Source of the DNA: Hemiscyllium ocellatum
Lineage: Eukaryota
DNA: 64,000 bases
Assembly: GCF_020745735.1 (NCBI RefSeq)
Contig: NC_083418.1
Location: 62,141,776-62,205,775 of the forward strand
Direction of reading: 5' to 3'
The notes under the pieces are model-generated. The model worked only from the letters and a program-made list of their open reading frames with translations, had not been told where the DNA came from and ran no database searches. Shown here piece by piece: positions 38,258-51,330 of the stretch. Both the position numbers and the translations under genes were made by a program. The stretch's first letter is position 1. Every line of letters starts with the position of its first letter.

Positions 38258-39959
38258 GTAATTGAAGAAGTGGCTGGGGAGGGTGAAACAAGTGACTACA
38301 ATTGTGCTATGAAATAGTACATTTATTGTAGCTTTACAATTTTGCTTGTTTGCAAATATTAAATGTAAGATGTTACAAGGAAGCTTTCTTTATTGTTTTG
38401 GAGAGCAACTTTACTCAACAATAATGTATATATTGAAAGGTTCTGATGACAAACGTGTCAAGCATCCTAATCTTAAGCTTTGAAATAAATACAAAAATTA
38501 TTGATGCTGTAACTCAGAAGCCTAAAGAGTTTTTGAGAAGCACAGCAGGTCTGGCAGCATCTGTAGAAAGAAAACAATTGACATTGTGAGTCGAGTGATC
38601 CTCTGTCAGAATTCTCTTTCCCTCTACAGATGGTGATGGACCTGCTGTGCTTTATTTTTGTTCAATCTCTAGATGTGGGCGTCACTAGCCAGACTAGTAA
38701 TTAATGCCTATCGCGAGTTGTCTAGAGGGCAGTTAGGAATCAATGACATTACTGTAGGTCCAACACTCCGTCTATGTTTTTAGCTCTTTCACTCATATCT
38801 GTCATAAGAGGATTAATACTCATATTACTTGGTGGGATGATTGCTCCACACAGAATCTCATGTTTTGAATTCCAGCAGAAGCAATAAGGTTACCAGCTGG
38901 AAGATGAATTGTTAAAATATAGAGTCATAGAGTTTTTATACTATTATAACACAGAAAAAAGCCATTTGCCCTCTCAAGTCCTTCTTGGCCAATAACCTTG
39001 GATGCCTTGGCATCATAAGTGTGCATCTAAATATTTTTTAAATATTGAGGGTTTCTGCTTCTACCACCCTTACTGGTGGAGTTCCAGATTCTCAAAAGCA
39101 ATTTCCTCTTATCTCCTCTAAACCTGCTGCATCAAATCTTTGCATCTTTGTCATTGATCCTTCCACCAAGTGGAAACCACCTTTCTGTCTACCCTGTCTA
39201 TGTTCCTCAATCATATTCCATCTCTTGCTCCCTTCTTGATTAAGCTAGTACCACATTAGCTGTCTCCCAGTTCTTTGGCATCTTTCCTGTGTCCGGTGGC
39301 ACAGTGTTCCTGCTATTGCCAATGTTCCTGCTATTGATTTGCCTCACTCAACAGCCTGGGATTTGTCTCCCCCAGCCTTAGAGATTTATCCAATTTTAAA
39401 TCTGCCAGAACTCTCAGAATCTCACTGTCTTTGGCTGATTACTATAAGTATATCACAGACTTTTTTGATAAACCTGTATTCTGTACCCACGTCATCCTAC
39501 TCATTTGTGAAAACTGACTCAGTATTGATTTAGTTTACTATCTAGATCCTCCAGCTCCATGCAGATTAGCACTGCAGTCCTAAATGGGCTCTATTCTTTC
39601 CCTAGTTCTTCTTTTCCCCATAATGTACCTGTAAAATAATTTAGGACTGTCCTTTGTTTTACCTGCCACTATTCTTTCATGCTTCCATTTGTTCTCCTAA
39701 TTCCCTTTTTAAATTTCCCCTTGCACATTCTGTACTCCTGGTGAGCGTCTGCAGATTTGTGCTCTTGGTATCTATCATGAGCTTCCCTTTTTCACTTTAT
39801 CTAATCCTGGATATCCCTTAATGTCTTTTCTATGCTCAAGATTCAAAATAGATCAGTGACCAGTGGCTGACAAAGTTAAAGATTGTATAAGATTAAAAGA
39901 TCAGGCTTGTAAATGGCCAGATAGTGATAAATTTGAGGATTGAGAAGTCTTTGCAATGC

Positions 39960-41770
39960 AGCAAAGTGGACCAAGAAGTCTGATTGGCAAAGGAAGAATC
40001 AAATAGGAATACAATCTGGCAAACTACATAACAAATCAGCTGTACAAGCTTCTACAGGTTTATAAAAAAGAGACATTTGATTAAGACAATGTGGGTCTAT
40101 TAAAATCCAAAGTCAAGAGAATTTTTAATGGGGAATAAAGAAATGGCAGAGAACCTAAATTAGTACTTTGTGTCTATTTTCACTGAGGAAGGTACAAGAA
40201 ATCTCCCAGAATCACAGATCCTAGTGAGTAAGGAGTATGAGGATCTGTAGAAAATTAGAATTAGTAAGAAGGTAGTTCTAGAGAAATTAGTGGGGTGGAA
40301 AGTTAAAAGTCCCTGGAACCTGATAGTCTAGTTTTTGAGGATGTAACTAACAAAATTGATGAAGGGGAGTTGATGGATGTAGTAAATTTGGATCTTGATA
40401 AGGTTGCCCACAGGAGATTGGTTAATAAAATTAAACATGATGGGATTGGAGATAAAGTACAAGCATGGATTAAGGATAGACTACAAATACAAAGCAGATC
40501 AGTAATAGGTTATTCTCACATATTTAGAGTGTAACTAACGGAGTGTGCAAGAATCAATACTTGAGGCCCCAGTTGTAATGATTTTAACGTGGGGACCAAA
40601 TGTAATATTTTCAGGTTTGCAGATGATAGAAAGCTAAGCAGAAATGAGGAAGATGTAAACCATTTTGAGAAGGATTTGTGGAGAGAATGCAGAGTTAATG
40701 TTTTGGGTGCAGTGACTATTCTGTGGGTCAGAAGGGTCACTGAATCTGAAACTTTAACTCTGCTTTCTCTCCACAGATACTACCTTAGGTTTTTTTCAGC
40801 AATTTCTGATTTAGTTTTTGATTTCCACATTCACAGTTTTTTGAGCGGTTTTTTAAAATGAGAATTTGGACAGGTTTAGTGATTGGTTAAGAGTGAGTCA
40901 GATGGAAAATAATTTGGAAAAGTATAAGGGTATACATTTTGTTTGGAAAAACACGTGCAGAATATTTCTTAAATGGTGAGATTGTAAAGTGGAAAGTGTA
41001 GTTGTGCAAAGGGACTAGGTTGTTCTTGGCATTAAGTCACTGAAGGCTAAAATGCAGGTAATTGGGTGATGAAACAGTAGCCCTCATTATATGAGGATTT
41101 GAATACAAGAGTATTGAAGTTGTGCTTCAATTGTTTAGCAGCTTGGTTAGACTGCACTTGAAGAACTTGTGAGAATAACCTATTACTGATCTGCTTTGTA
41201 TTTGCAGTCGATCCTTAATCCATGCTTGTACTTTATCTCCAATCCCATCATGTCCAGTTTTGATCTCCTTATCTCAGAAAAGATGTTCTTGCCATAGAGG
41301 GAGTGAAGTGAAGATTCACCAGACTTGTTTCTGGGATTGTGAGACTGGTTGATGAGAGATTGGGCAAAATGGGCCTTGTTCTCTCAAGTTCTGAAGAATG
41401 AGAGATGGTCTAACTGAAGAGATAAAAGGGGTAGATGCAGATAAAATGTTCCACCTGGTTGGGCAATTGGGAACTGGGGATACAATTTTAAAAATAAGAT
41501 AGATACTATTTAGGACTGTTCAGAATTTTTGTTTACCCCAATTCTTTCTGGAAGATCAATCTTTGAGTATAGTTAAAGTAGAGGTTGTTGAATCTTTGAT
41601 TATCAATGGTGTAAAGGGTTACGAGAACAGTGAGGGTAAAAGACATGAATTGTTTAGACATATTTATTGGATAGAGATATGGATGAAAATGAACAGTGTA
41701 GGTTAGATGGGCTTCAGGTTGGCGCAACATTGAGAGTTGAAGGGCCTGTACTACGCTGTTATGTTCTATG
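39960..41770 (+). mobile_element. CR1 LINE, decayed
   Basis: FADDRKL and other RT remnants, with many stops. Confidence 0.7.
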
Positions 41771-42576
41771 TTTAAGCAGCCTGATCTTACTAAATAGCAG
41801 AGCAGGCTTGATATGCTAAGTGACCCACTCCTGTTACTGAGACCTTACAGACACAGAATTTAATGTACTTGCAAAAACACAAATTGGAAAATTGGCATCC
41901 ATTCAAGAGATAAGACCCAAAACTTGAGATAAGGGAGTTGAATAAAAATTGATGTAAAAAGTGTCATGGACTGTGAAGCTTGTGCAAATTATGTCATGTT
42001 GGTTAAAAAAAGTATGTTCAACGATGGACTGAAGAAAAGCTTAATTCTATCAACTCAAGATAAACAAAGTCTTCCCAATCAGGTTTGTACAGCGGAAAAA
42101 TCTAGTCTTGAGAAAACAAAACAAGAGACAAGATAGAGAAGATTGAAGTCTAAAACCTATAAATGAGAAGTCTGAGTGTTTCTTATTCTGAATGTTGAGA
42201 AGTATATAGCTTGAGTTAGACTACATCACTGTCTAAGCTGAAAATTTATTGTGACTCTATCACATTAAAGTAGTGTCAGACTGAACTATGAACCAGTCCT
42301 TTCTCATAATAACTGGTCTCAGAAACCTCTTTTGGAAAAAAAAGAGTATAAGATTAGTCATTTAAAAATAACCTAAAAATAATAGCAGAAATGCCAAAAT
42401 GCTTGTCAGATCCCCTTTGTTACGATGGGTTTGCTATAAAGTAGGTATTGGCTTAAAACATAGCATTGAGAATTGGATAAATTGTGGAAGAACTTCGATT
42501 TGATTGGGGTTTGGGTTACCCCATGCAGATATTGAGATTTAATTTTAAGATCTCTTCTGTTCTCACTTTCCAACAG

Positions 42577-42702
42577 ATTGTATATAACCTGCTTTCGCTG
42601 CAATTTAACTCTCGTATCCGTGTGAAGACTTACACTGATGAGTTGACACCGCTGGATTCCCTGGTACCTGTGTTCCAGGCTGCAAACTGGTATGAGAGAG
42701 AG
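42577..42702 (+). CDS. NDUFS3: NDUFS3 exon 5
   Basis: 126 nt, [25 protein letters not shown]...AANWYERE. Confidence 0.96.
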
Positions 42703-43769
42703 GTGAGTTGAATAAATTGGATGAAATGTTATGAGAAGACGTTTATTACCAGCCAATTTCTAAGCAAATCAAGATTGAGTCAGAGAACCAAAATAATTGA
42801 ATCACAGGCAAGAGACTATTTAACATTGTAGGCCAAGTGTGTAGGTAGTAAAATGGACGGGTGAGAAATTACACCAACTTCCAAATTCTTAGCAGAAGAC
42901 ATTTATCTTCTATAAATTAACACATTTATAAGAGTAGGCATTGTCTGGTTGTGAGCAGAATTTGAGGTAGAAGTAAAAGCTGCAAAGAACTGTTGAGACG
43001 GGAAACATTTGGAAGACGAAGTTATGTGCTGTGTTACACGTGGAACTCTGGTAGAGTTCTAATCAGAATGTTGACTTATAGTTTGCTGAGCATCAGAAAT
43101 AGAATGTAGCAACTAGGATGACTGTTGTGGGGGTGGGCAAATAATAGTCGATAGAATCTATCAGGCCACTGTTGAATTGTGGAGATGGCTAAATGTTTTG
43201 TTATTTAGATTGGTTTGCGAATAACTGTGGTGAAGTTCAAGATTGAGTCAATGTATGTTGTTTGGGGAAGGAGTAGGTTTGATCAGCTAGATCACCTTTT
43301 TTCCATTCATGCTTTGATCTTTTCTTTGCTGAAATCAAGAACATGGGACTTTCATGGAGTAGCCAGACACTGATTGTTGTAGAAAAGTGTGGCATTGAAA
43401 AAGCACAGTGGGTCAGGCAGCATCTGAGGAGCAGGACAGTCGATACTTTGGGCATAAACCCTTCATCAAGAATAAAGGGCTTATCTCGAACTGATCATTG
43501 TTTACAGTATTATAATTCCCAAAGTTAATTATGTGGTGAGCAACTTATGTGATTTAAAACTATTATGCTGTGCTTATGGCCTCTAATCACACGAAAAGTA
43601 GGGTGTTAAAATGTAACTGAGTATGTTATAAGTTTCTGTCTTGGCTCAATTGTTTTTTTTAAGAATTTGTTTCAAATTTAACACACACTTTTATAATGTC
43701 TTAGACAAAATACAGGTAACATTTTGCTCTATATGTAAATCTTAGAAATATCAAATTTTAAAATGTTAA

Positions 43770-43934
<165 letters not shown>

Positions 43935-44194
43935 TAAAATAATATCTTTTAAAGCTGTACATCTATGAAGCTTTTTCTTTTTCCTCCTCGTTCTGTGCTC
44001 CTACTCAGAAAACATCTTGGCAACACCCTACCCCTCCTAAAAGCCACTTGAGTCAACTTTGTATGTTAGAATGAAAATCTCTTCTAACTAAATTGACACA
44101 TTTAATTTAAAATAATTGCAAAAAAAAGGCTCATGTTTCAATATTCTACTCACTTTAAATATTATACCCATGACCATGTCATTGTCATTTGGTC

Positions 44195-44700
44195 ATATAG
44201 CATGGAAAGAGGCCTTTCAGCCCACCATGTCTGGCCAGTCATCAAGCACCTATCCACTCAAATCCCATTTTCCAGCACTTGGTCTTTGATCTTCTATGCT
44301 GTAGCATTTTAGGTGTTCATCTGCATACTACAAAAATGTTGTGATGCTTCCAGCCTCTACTGACAATGAGTTCCAGATACCATCACCTTCTGGGTGAAAA
44401 GAACTCTCCTTAAGTCCTGCTAAAGCTTCTGCTCCTTAGCTTAAATGTTTGCTAACTGGTAATTGACCCTGCAAGGAAAAAGATTTGCTCTATCTATGCC
44501 ACTCATACTCCTGTAGACCTTTATCAGGTCCCGTTTTGGTCTTCTCTTCTCCCTATTCTATCTAGTCTCTATTCATAACTCTGAAAAGCTTCAACCTGGG
44601 CAACGTTTTGATGAATCTCCTTTGCACCTTCTTGAGTACAATCTCATCCTCCACATCGTGTGGTTATCAGGAATCTGCACAATACTTCAGCTGTGGTTTA
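44195..44700 (-). mobile_element. CR1 LINE 3' fragment
   Basis: CR1 3' UTR and C-terminal similarity on the minus strand. Confidence 0.62.
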
Positions 44701-44771
44701 ACTTATATCATATACTGCTTTGGCAGTTCTTGTGTTCTTTGTCTTTGGCTAACTGTTCCCCTTCTTTCTAG

Positions 44772-44939
44772 GTACGTTATGATGATGAGGTAAAACGTGT
44801 TGTAGCTGAGCCTATTGAACTTACCCAGGAATTCCGCAAATTTGACCTCAACAGTCCATGGGAAGCTTTCCCAGCCCACCGTGAACCAGCTGATGTACTC
44901 AAACTTGAAGCTGGAGAGAAAGGTCCTGAGACAAAATGA
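44772..44939 (+). CDS. NDUFS3: NDUFS3 exon 7 (terminal)
   Basis: [34 protein letters not shown]...GPETK*; the seven exons total 786 nt = 261 aa plus stop. Confidence 0.96.
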   Translation, partial: VRYDDEVKRVVAEPIELTQEFRKFDLNSPWEAFPAHREPADVLKLEAGEKGPETK

Positions 44940-45044
44940 ATAGGAACTGCTGAATATTTGGGGAAAACCTGTCTAATGTCAATTTTAATGTGGGCCTAAA
45001 ATGACTTTTCTGTACAACCTAATAATTTGTGTGAAACATATGTA

Positions 45045-45050
45045 AATAAA
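45045..45050 (+). promoter_or_regulatory. Likely NDUFS3 polyadenylation signal
   Basis: AATAAA about 105 nt after the stop, followed by GT-rich sequence. Confidence 0.6.
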
Positions 45051-45499
45051 CTACTTGTATAAGGTTATAATTTGGTGTCATCTGAGTTGTAATAGCTGCC
45101 TCTGTGCAAAGAAAGAACAAATTTAACTTGGACATTTGAATGATAGTGAGATGGTATCGCCTTTCAACTTGACAAGCTGCTAAGAGACTCCAGTACAGGT
45201 GACGATTACTTATTCATGTACACATTCAAGTACACAAGCTGAATCAGTCATGATTATTGTCTTAAGATTGAACTTTGGTAAAATGTTCTTATCTCTCATA
45301 TACCTTAGATTGTGTATACAATTTCTAATTTTTAATCTGATCAAATTCCAACCATATGGTAACCATAGTCACTTATTTCTTGAAAAACATACATTAAGCA
45401 TTGTTCATGTCCACCCAGGCCTTCCCTTATCTTGCTGATTGTGGAGTGGATCCTACTGCATCCTCTATATCTGTCATTCTGTATCTGGTCTGGCTCTTG

Positions 45500-46200
45500 G
45501 TCATTTGGTTAGATGGAAAGAGTAGAGGAGCTGACTATTATTTAAATGGAGAAATAGTGAAGAAAGCGACAGCACAGAGGGATACAGAAACCATTATAAG
45601 TTCAGTTAATAAGGAAGGCAAATGAAATGTTGGCTTTTATTTCAAAGGAAGTTGAACATAAAAACTAGCAAAGTCTTGCTGAAACTATATAATGCACAGT
45701 TGGGAATACTGAGAGCAGTTTTTGTCCCCTTGTCTAAGTCTTTGGAGACAGTCCTGAGGGTTCACTAAGTTGAATGTGAGTATGAAGGAATTGGCTTGGA
45801 AGTTGAGTAAGTTGGGCTGTATTACTCGGCATTTAGAAGAATGAAAAGCAATCTATAGAAACATAAATTCGTAGGTGACTTCACAGGGTAGATGCAGAAA
45901 AGTTGTTTCCCTTGGCGAATCTAAAAAGGTTACAATCTCCAGAGTAAACGGACCATATGTAACAGATGTTGAGGAAGTTCTTCTCTCAACATGTAGTGAA
46001 TCTGTGGTATTCTTCACCATGGAGTGCTGTTGAGGCTGGGTCAGTAAGTATATTCAAGGTGGAGATAGACAGATTTTTACTCAGTATGTGAATTGGAAAT
46101 CATAGGGAAAAGACAGGAAATTGGAATTGAGGATGATCAGATAAATTGAGAATGAACATTGAACCGACTCATTAAGCTCAATAGCCTACTTTTGCTTCTG
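45500..46200 (+). mobile_element. CR1 LINE 3' fragment, decayed
   Basis: ADYYLNGE motif and CR1 3' region. Confidence 0.62.
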
Positions 46201-47425
46201 TGTCGTATAATTTTAAGAATTTCAAACTTAGATCATAAGTATTGCCCAAAGGTGATGAGTCAGGGTTTGCAAAGGACAGGTCTTACCTCATGAGTTTGTT
46301 TATATAAGAGTATAGATTTTCTTTCTCGGCCAGCATCTGTTCTCTATTCCCAATTGTTCAGAGTCAACCACATTGCTGTGTCAGTCTGTGTAAACAGAAA
46401 CCGAAATAGGTCAGGTAGAAATTAGGGAGAAACAGGGATCAGTTAATTAAAGTTTCAAACATTTTACAATCTCAAATTTTTTTCCAGTGTTTGAGATCGC
46501 TTGTCTCAATGATTTAATTGAAGATATTCTAAATCACATTTCTTTGTGGAGTGCTGAATGCTTCCAACTATTTCTGCGGAGGAGTTTTGAGGAGGGAGCA
46601 AAGTAGGGCCCGGGAGCTGTGAGTCCCTTTGCTTCTCCATCTCCCATCTTTCACACTCCCCTAGGCTCTCTTTTCGTCCTCCCAAGCCTCCTGCAGGTCT
46701 CTGGGACTGATGCCATTCCACCAGGTATTGATCTCCCCCCTTGCCGCTTCCTGATCTCCCCAAACTTCCTTTCCACCCCACGTTCTGAAATAAATAACAC
46801 TGCTAATCAGGAGATCCGAAACAGTTATTCTCTCAGTCCTTTCAATAATTCATTGTGCAAATGATGTGCTTATGTGGTATACAGACCAGAATCATAGCTT
46901 CAGGTTGACCTGTATTAGCTGGCATCAAGCCACGGTGATGGCGGTGGAGTTACCTTTTAAAGAGCTCTGGCATGTCAGGAAACTAATTTTTTCCAGCTTC
47001 CTAATTTGGATTGACAAGCAGTAAGCTGGCTGGAAAGTGGTTCTGTAGATGGCAGGTTGAGGGCAACCCTGAGTTCGGCTATCCGGAACCCCTTTATTTC
47101 TCCCCCCCCCCCCATCTCAAAGTCAACCTGGACAGAGGAATCAGTAAACCTCACAAAGGGACTGGAACAGTCATTCTGAATAAATGTGACTTATGTCAAC
47201 AAAATGCACACCGTTCTTAATGACAGATTTGTATTTATATCCATTGGATGTGCTGCTCAGTACACCTGACTTGAAAACAAGATAAAACTGCATTTACTGG
47301 TCTCAGCAAAGAGTGATAAGCTGTTTGGTGATATTTACAATCTGGTTCGTCCTCGTGGCTTACTGATGTGTTTGCCCAGGTTGTCCAAGACACATGAATG
47401 TGATGTCCCTTCATCTTATCAATGA

Positions 47426-49742
47426 TGTGGAGCCGCCAGTGTTAGATTGTGGTGGACAAAGTTAAAAATCACACAACCCTACAGGTTTATTTGGGAGTGA
47501 GTTTTTGTCAGGTAGCTGGTGGGGCAGGATCATAGGACACAGAATTCATAGTAAAAGATCAAAGTGTCATGCAACTGATGCATTGTATTGAACAAACCTC
47601 GATTGCTGTTGAATCTTGAATCACTTAGAATGGAGTTGCAGGTTTTGATTCATTAATATGTAAATTCCAGAACTTCTTTCAAGTCACATTCTCGAGATAA
47701 CAAGGTTTTATAAAAAATAGTGACATCTCAGTGCAGACAATGCATTAAAGGTGGGAGGTTAGAGTCTCTCAGTATTTCAATCTTGAGTCAGACTTGTTCT
47801 ACTTCCAAAGTAGGAATTTATAAAATATTACATGGAGTGACTGCTTAGAGATTGTGTTTTTTGAACAAAATAGAATGTATCTACAAATACAAATGCGAAT
47901 TCACCCCATAAACTTATAGACTTATGTGTGTGTGCATGTGTGTGAGTGAGTGAGTGAATACTGATGGAGTATATGCCTGAGAGCGTGTGAGCGTGGTGAT
48001 GTGTGTGTCTCTGAGAGAGCGTGTGTATGAGAGACGATCTGTGTATGACTTACCATGGACTTTAGAATCCGTCTCATTCTTGGACACATGCATCTCCATC
48101 AAGGATGGGCATCTCAGTACCTCACTCTACCGCAAGCTCAAGAACAACCTCACGATTCTGCATTTCTCATGCTTCCACTCTAAACATTAAACAGCCATCC
48201 CCTTCGGACAAGCCTACGCTGTTCAGACGAGGAGGATCTGTTCAGATGAGGGGGAACGTGACGGACACCTCAAGGTGCTGACAGACATCCTCATAAGAAC
48301 AGGATATGATGCCCAACTAATCGATCACCAGTTCTGAGGTGCCACAGCGAGAAATCGTAACAACCTCCTCAGGAGACAGACATAGGATGCAAACAATAGG
48401 GTACCCTTCATTGTCCAGTATTTCCTGGGGTCTAAGAAACGATGCCATGTTCTTCACAGCCTGCAGCACAGTAGCGATGAGGATGAGCATCTCACCAAGA
48501 TCTTTCCTTTGCCTCCACTTCTTGCCTTTAAACAACCACCAAATCTCAAACAGAGCATTGTTTGCCGCAACTGCCCAGCCTTCAGGACAACATTGACTAC
48601 AACACCATACAACCTTGTCGTGGCAACCACTGCAAGACGTGTCAAAGTGTTGACATGGATATTACCATTACACATGGGGACACCACCCACCATGTGCAGG
48701 ACAGATACTCATATGACTTTGCGAACATTGTCTATCCCATATGCTGCAGGCATGAATGCCCCAAAGCATGGTACATTGGTGAGACCAAGCAGATGCTACG
48801 ACAACAGATGAATGAATACTGTGCTGCAATCACCAGACAGGGATGTCCCCTCCCAGTCAGGGAACATTTCAGCTGTCAAGGACATTTGGCCTTGGACCTT
48901 CAAGTGACTGTCCTCAAGGCGGACTTTGAGATATGTAGCAATGCAGAGTGGCTGAGCAGAGGCTGATAGCCAAGTTTAGTAGCCATGAGGATGACCTCAA
49001 CTAGCATCTTGGGTTCATGTCACACTACAGGTGACCCACTACACTACACACATGTGCACACACACATACACACCCACTCACACATGATCATACTCATGCA
49101 GACCCTCATACACATGTTATCTGTCAGACACCCACACTCATTCATGCGCACACATTCTCACAGGCACTACTCTGTCACACTCGCGCGCACACACTCTCTC
49201 TCACAGCCTCTCTCCCTCACACTAATGAGCAGACACATATAAGTCTGTGGGGTGAATTTGCATAGCAGATTTGTAATTGCAGATATATTCTATTTTGTTC
49301 AAAAACACACAACCTGTAGGCAGTCAGTCCGTGTGACATTTTATAAATTCCTACTTTGGAAATAGAATTGTTCTGACTCAAGGTTGGGATATAAACAGAC
49401 TCTAACCTCCCACCTTTAATGCATTGTCTGAGCTGAGATGTCTCTTTTGTTTTATAAGACCTTAAGTTATCTCGGGAATGTGACTTGAAAGAAGTTAGGG
49501 AGCTCACATACAAATGAATTGAAACCTGCAATCCATTTGAAGTGATTTAAGGCTTAACAGCAATCTAGGTTTGTTTAATATATTGCTTCAGTTTTATGAC
49601 ACTATGATCTTTTACTATAAATTCTGTGTCCTATGATCCTGCTCCACTAGTTACCTGATGAAGGAGCAGCGTCCTGAAAGCTTGTACTTCCAAATAAACC
49701 TATTAAACTATAACCTGGTGTTGTGTGATTTTTAACTTTGCC
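47426..49742 (+). mobile_element. Penelope-like element with inverted ~600-bp pseudo-LTR and 14-bp TSD
   Basis: RT C-terminal remnants and GIY-YIG (CPKAWYIGETKQ) at 48040-48960; 47450-48030 is the inverse of 49130-49742; CATCTTATCAATGA at 47412-47425 and 49743-49756. Confidence 0.88.
49652..49686 (+). ncRNA. Minimal hammerhead ribozyme motif in the pLTR
   Basis: UAC-CUGAUGA-AGGAGCAGCGUCCU-GAAA-GCUU-GUA. Confidence 0.6.
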
Positions 49743-49759
49743 CATCTTATCAATGACTG

Positions 49760-51330
49760 CATTCCCTCAGTTTATGATGATCATACAGGACATGTATATT
49801 GATAGCAGTGCAGTGACCCTTTGTGCTTAATTGAACATTGTTAGCCAGTTCACCGGTATACCATACAAAGATGCCATAGATATTTGTACTATCTCATAGT
49901 GATCCATCACCATTGTGTGCATCAGTATTTGTTGAATTCATAAAATGAGCAACTTTCAGAGTTTAGTTCCAACAACACCATGAATGCTCAAATAACTGGC
50001 ATTGCCACAGGATCCCCATTAGGTCCAGTGCTCACAAATATCTCTGTTGGGTTTTATGAGAAAAGTCTTTTCAATGGAATGACACAACTTCTTAAACTCT
50101 CAATTGTTCCAATATGCAGATGTTACATTTGCTCTATTTGAATCTGTAGCTAGATGTAAGAATTTCCTTACATGCCTAAATGGGCTCCATCTTGCATTCA
50201 AATTCATTTTGAAATGGAACAGTGAAATGAACTCCCTTTCAAATGTCCTATTTGAGAAATCATGCAAAGGGCCCTTGATTAATGTGAACAGCACGCCGAT
50301 CTTCACTGATTAGTATGCACGTTAGGGTTCCTACAGTTCCACACACTGTAACATTTGCATTATCAACAAATTTCATGTATAGAGCCCAAGTGATTTACTT
50401 TTGACACAGTCTTGATGCTGAAACTGGGGGCATCAATGCTGCCCTACAGGACAGTGGCTCCCCGATCAGATCATGTCTTGCTGTATATCAGACAGAAACT
50501 CATGGAAGGATCCAAGTCTTGGTCCTGAAAAGTCTACCTAAGACTACTGTGAAAGGGTAAGGCATCTCAAAGGTTGCAACACAGGCAAAATTAATTATTT
50601 CACCCTGCTCCTATGGCATATCAACAAGGTTGATGTTCACAATAAATAGGATGATGCCATCAGGGCAAAAAGATGTTCTGCCTATCACATAGTGAGTGAT
50701 GTGCGATATGAATTTCAATGCCAGATATTTTAAGTGAGAAATTACATCATATAGCATGTCTATTTGGTTGCTTGCACCAAGCAAGGTACTGACCATACGT
50801 AACCTGCCCGTTGTAAAACTTGTGACACAGTGTTTAACATTAGATGTGATTCTGTAATTGGGCATCGTTTGGTGGATAATCCTGAATGGGTGAGAAATCA
50901 TGCTGACAACCAAATTAAGTTGGTCAGTTGCTTGCAGTATAGACCACTCAAATTTTCTGCAGGCTGCTTCACTGTGTAGGGTCCTGAACTGTGCAGACAG
51001 TAAAGAGCATGAACACAAACAGCACCTGTTCAGCTCAACAAAATAGGTGACAGCTATTTGCTGGTTCATTTCCCAGGGCAATGCCCTGACTGATCATAGT
51101 CAACCTGATTTAAAACTTGACAAAGCGGGGCAATGAACTGTCGATCAACATTAATGGGTGAATTCTCTACAGCAATGCTTCTACCAATCAGAGTTTACTT
51201 GCCAACCAGTCAGCACTTTCCTGAAATGCAGAGTCAGTGCTGGGTTTTCTCCTTGAATTTATATTCTCATAAAATGTCCTCATGAGTGCAAACCGAAAAG
51301 TTTTGACAACGCATTTTTCTTTTTCCCAAT
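49760..51330 (+). mobile_element. Old Penelope-like element of a different family (decayed RT, GIY-YIG remnant, 3' end)
   Basis: GIATGSPLGPVLTNISVGFYE and FQYADVTF (decayed YVDD) at ~50000-50140; CDSVIGH remnant near 50850; the same 3' end recurs at 11240-11350 (-) and 19940-20180 (+). Confidence 0.7.

Noticed and set aside
50826-50832. CACAGTG heptamers here, at 12986-12992 and in SINE heads, as possible RSS or RAG-transposon ends
   Set aside because: I found no ACAAAAACC-like nonamer at 12 or 23 bp spacing, and the copies lie in or beside other repeats. A proper RSS scan was not possible.
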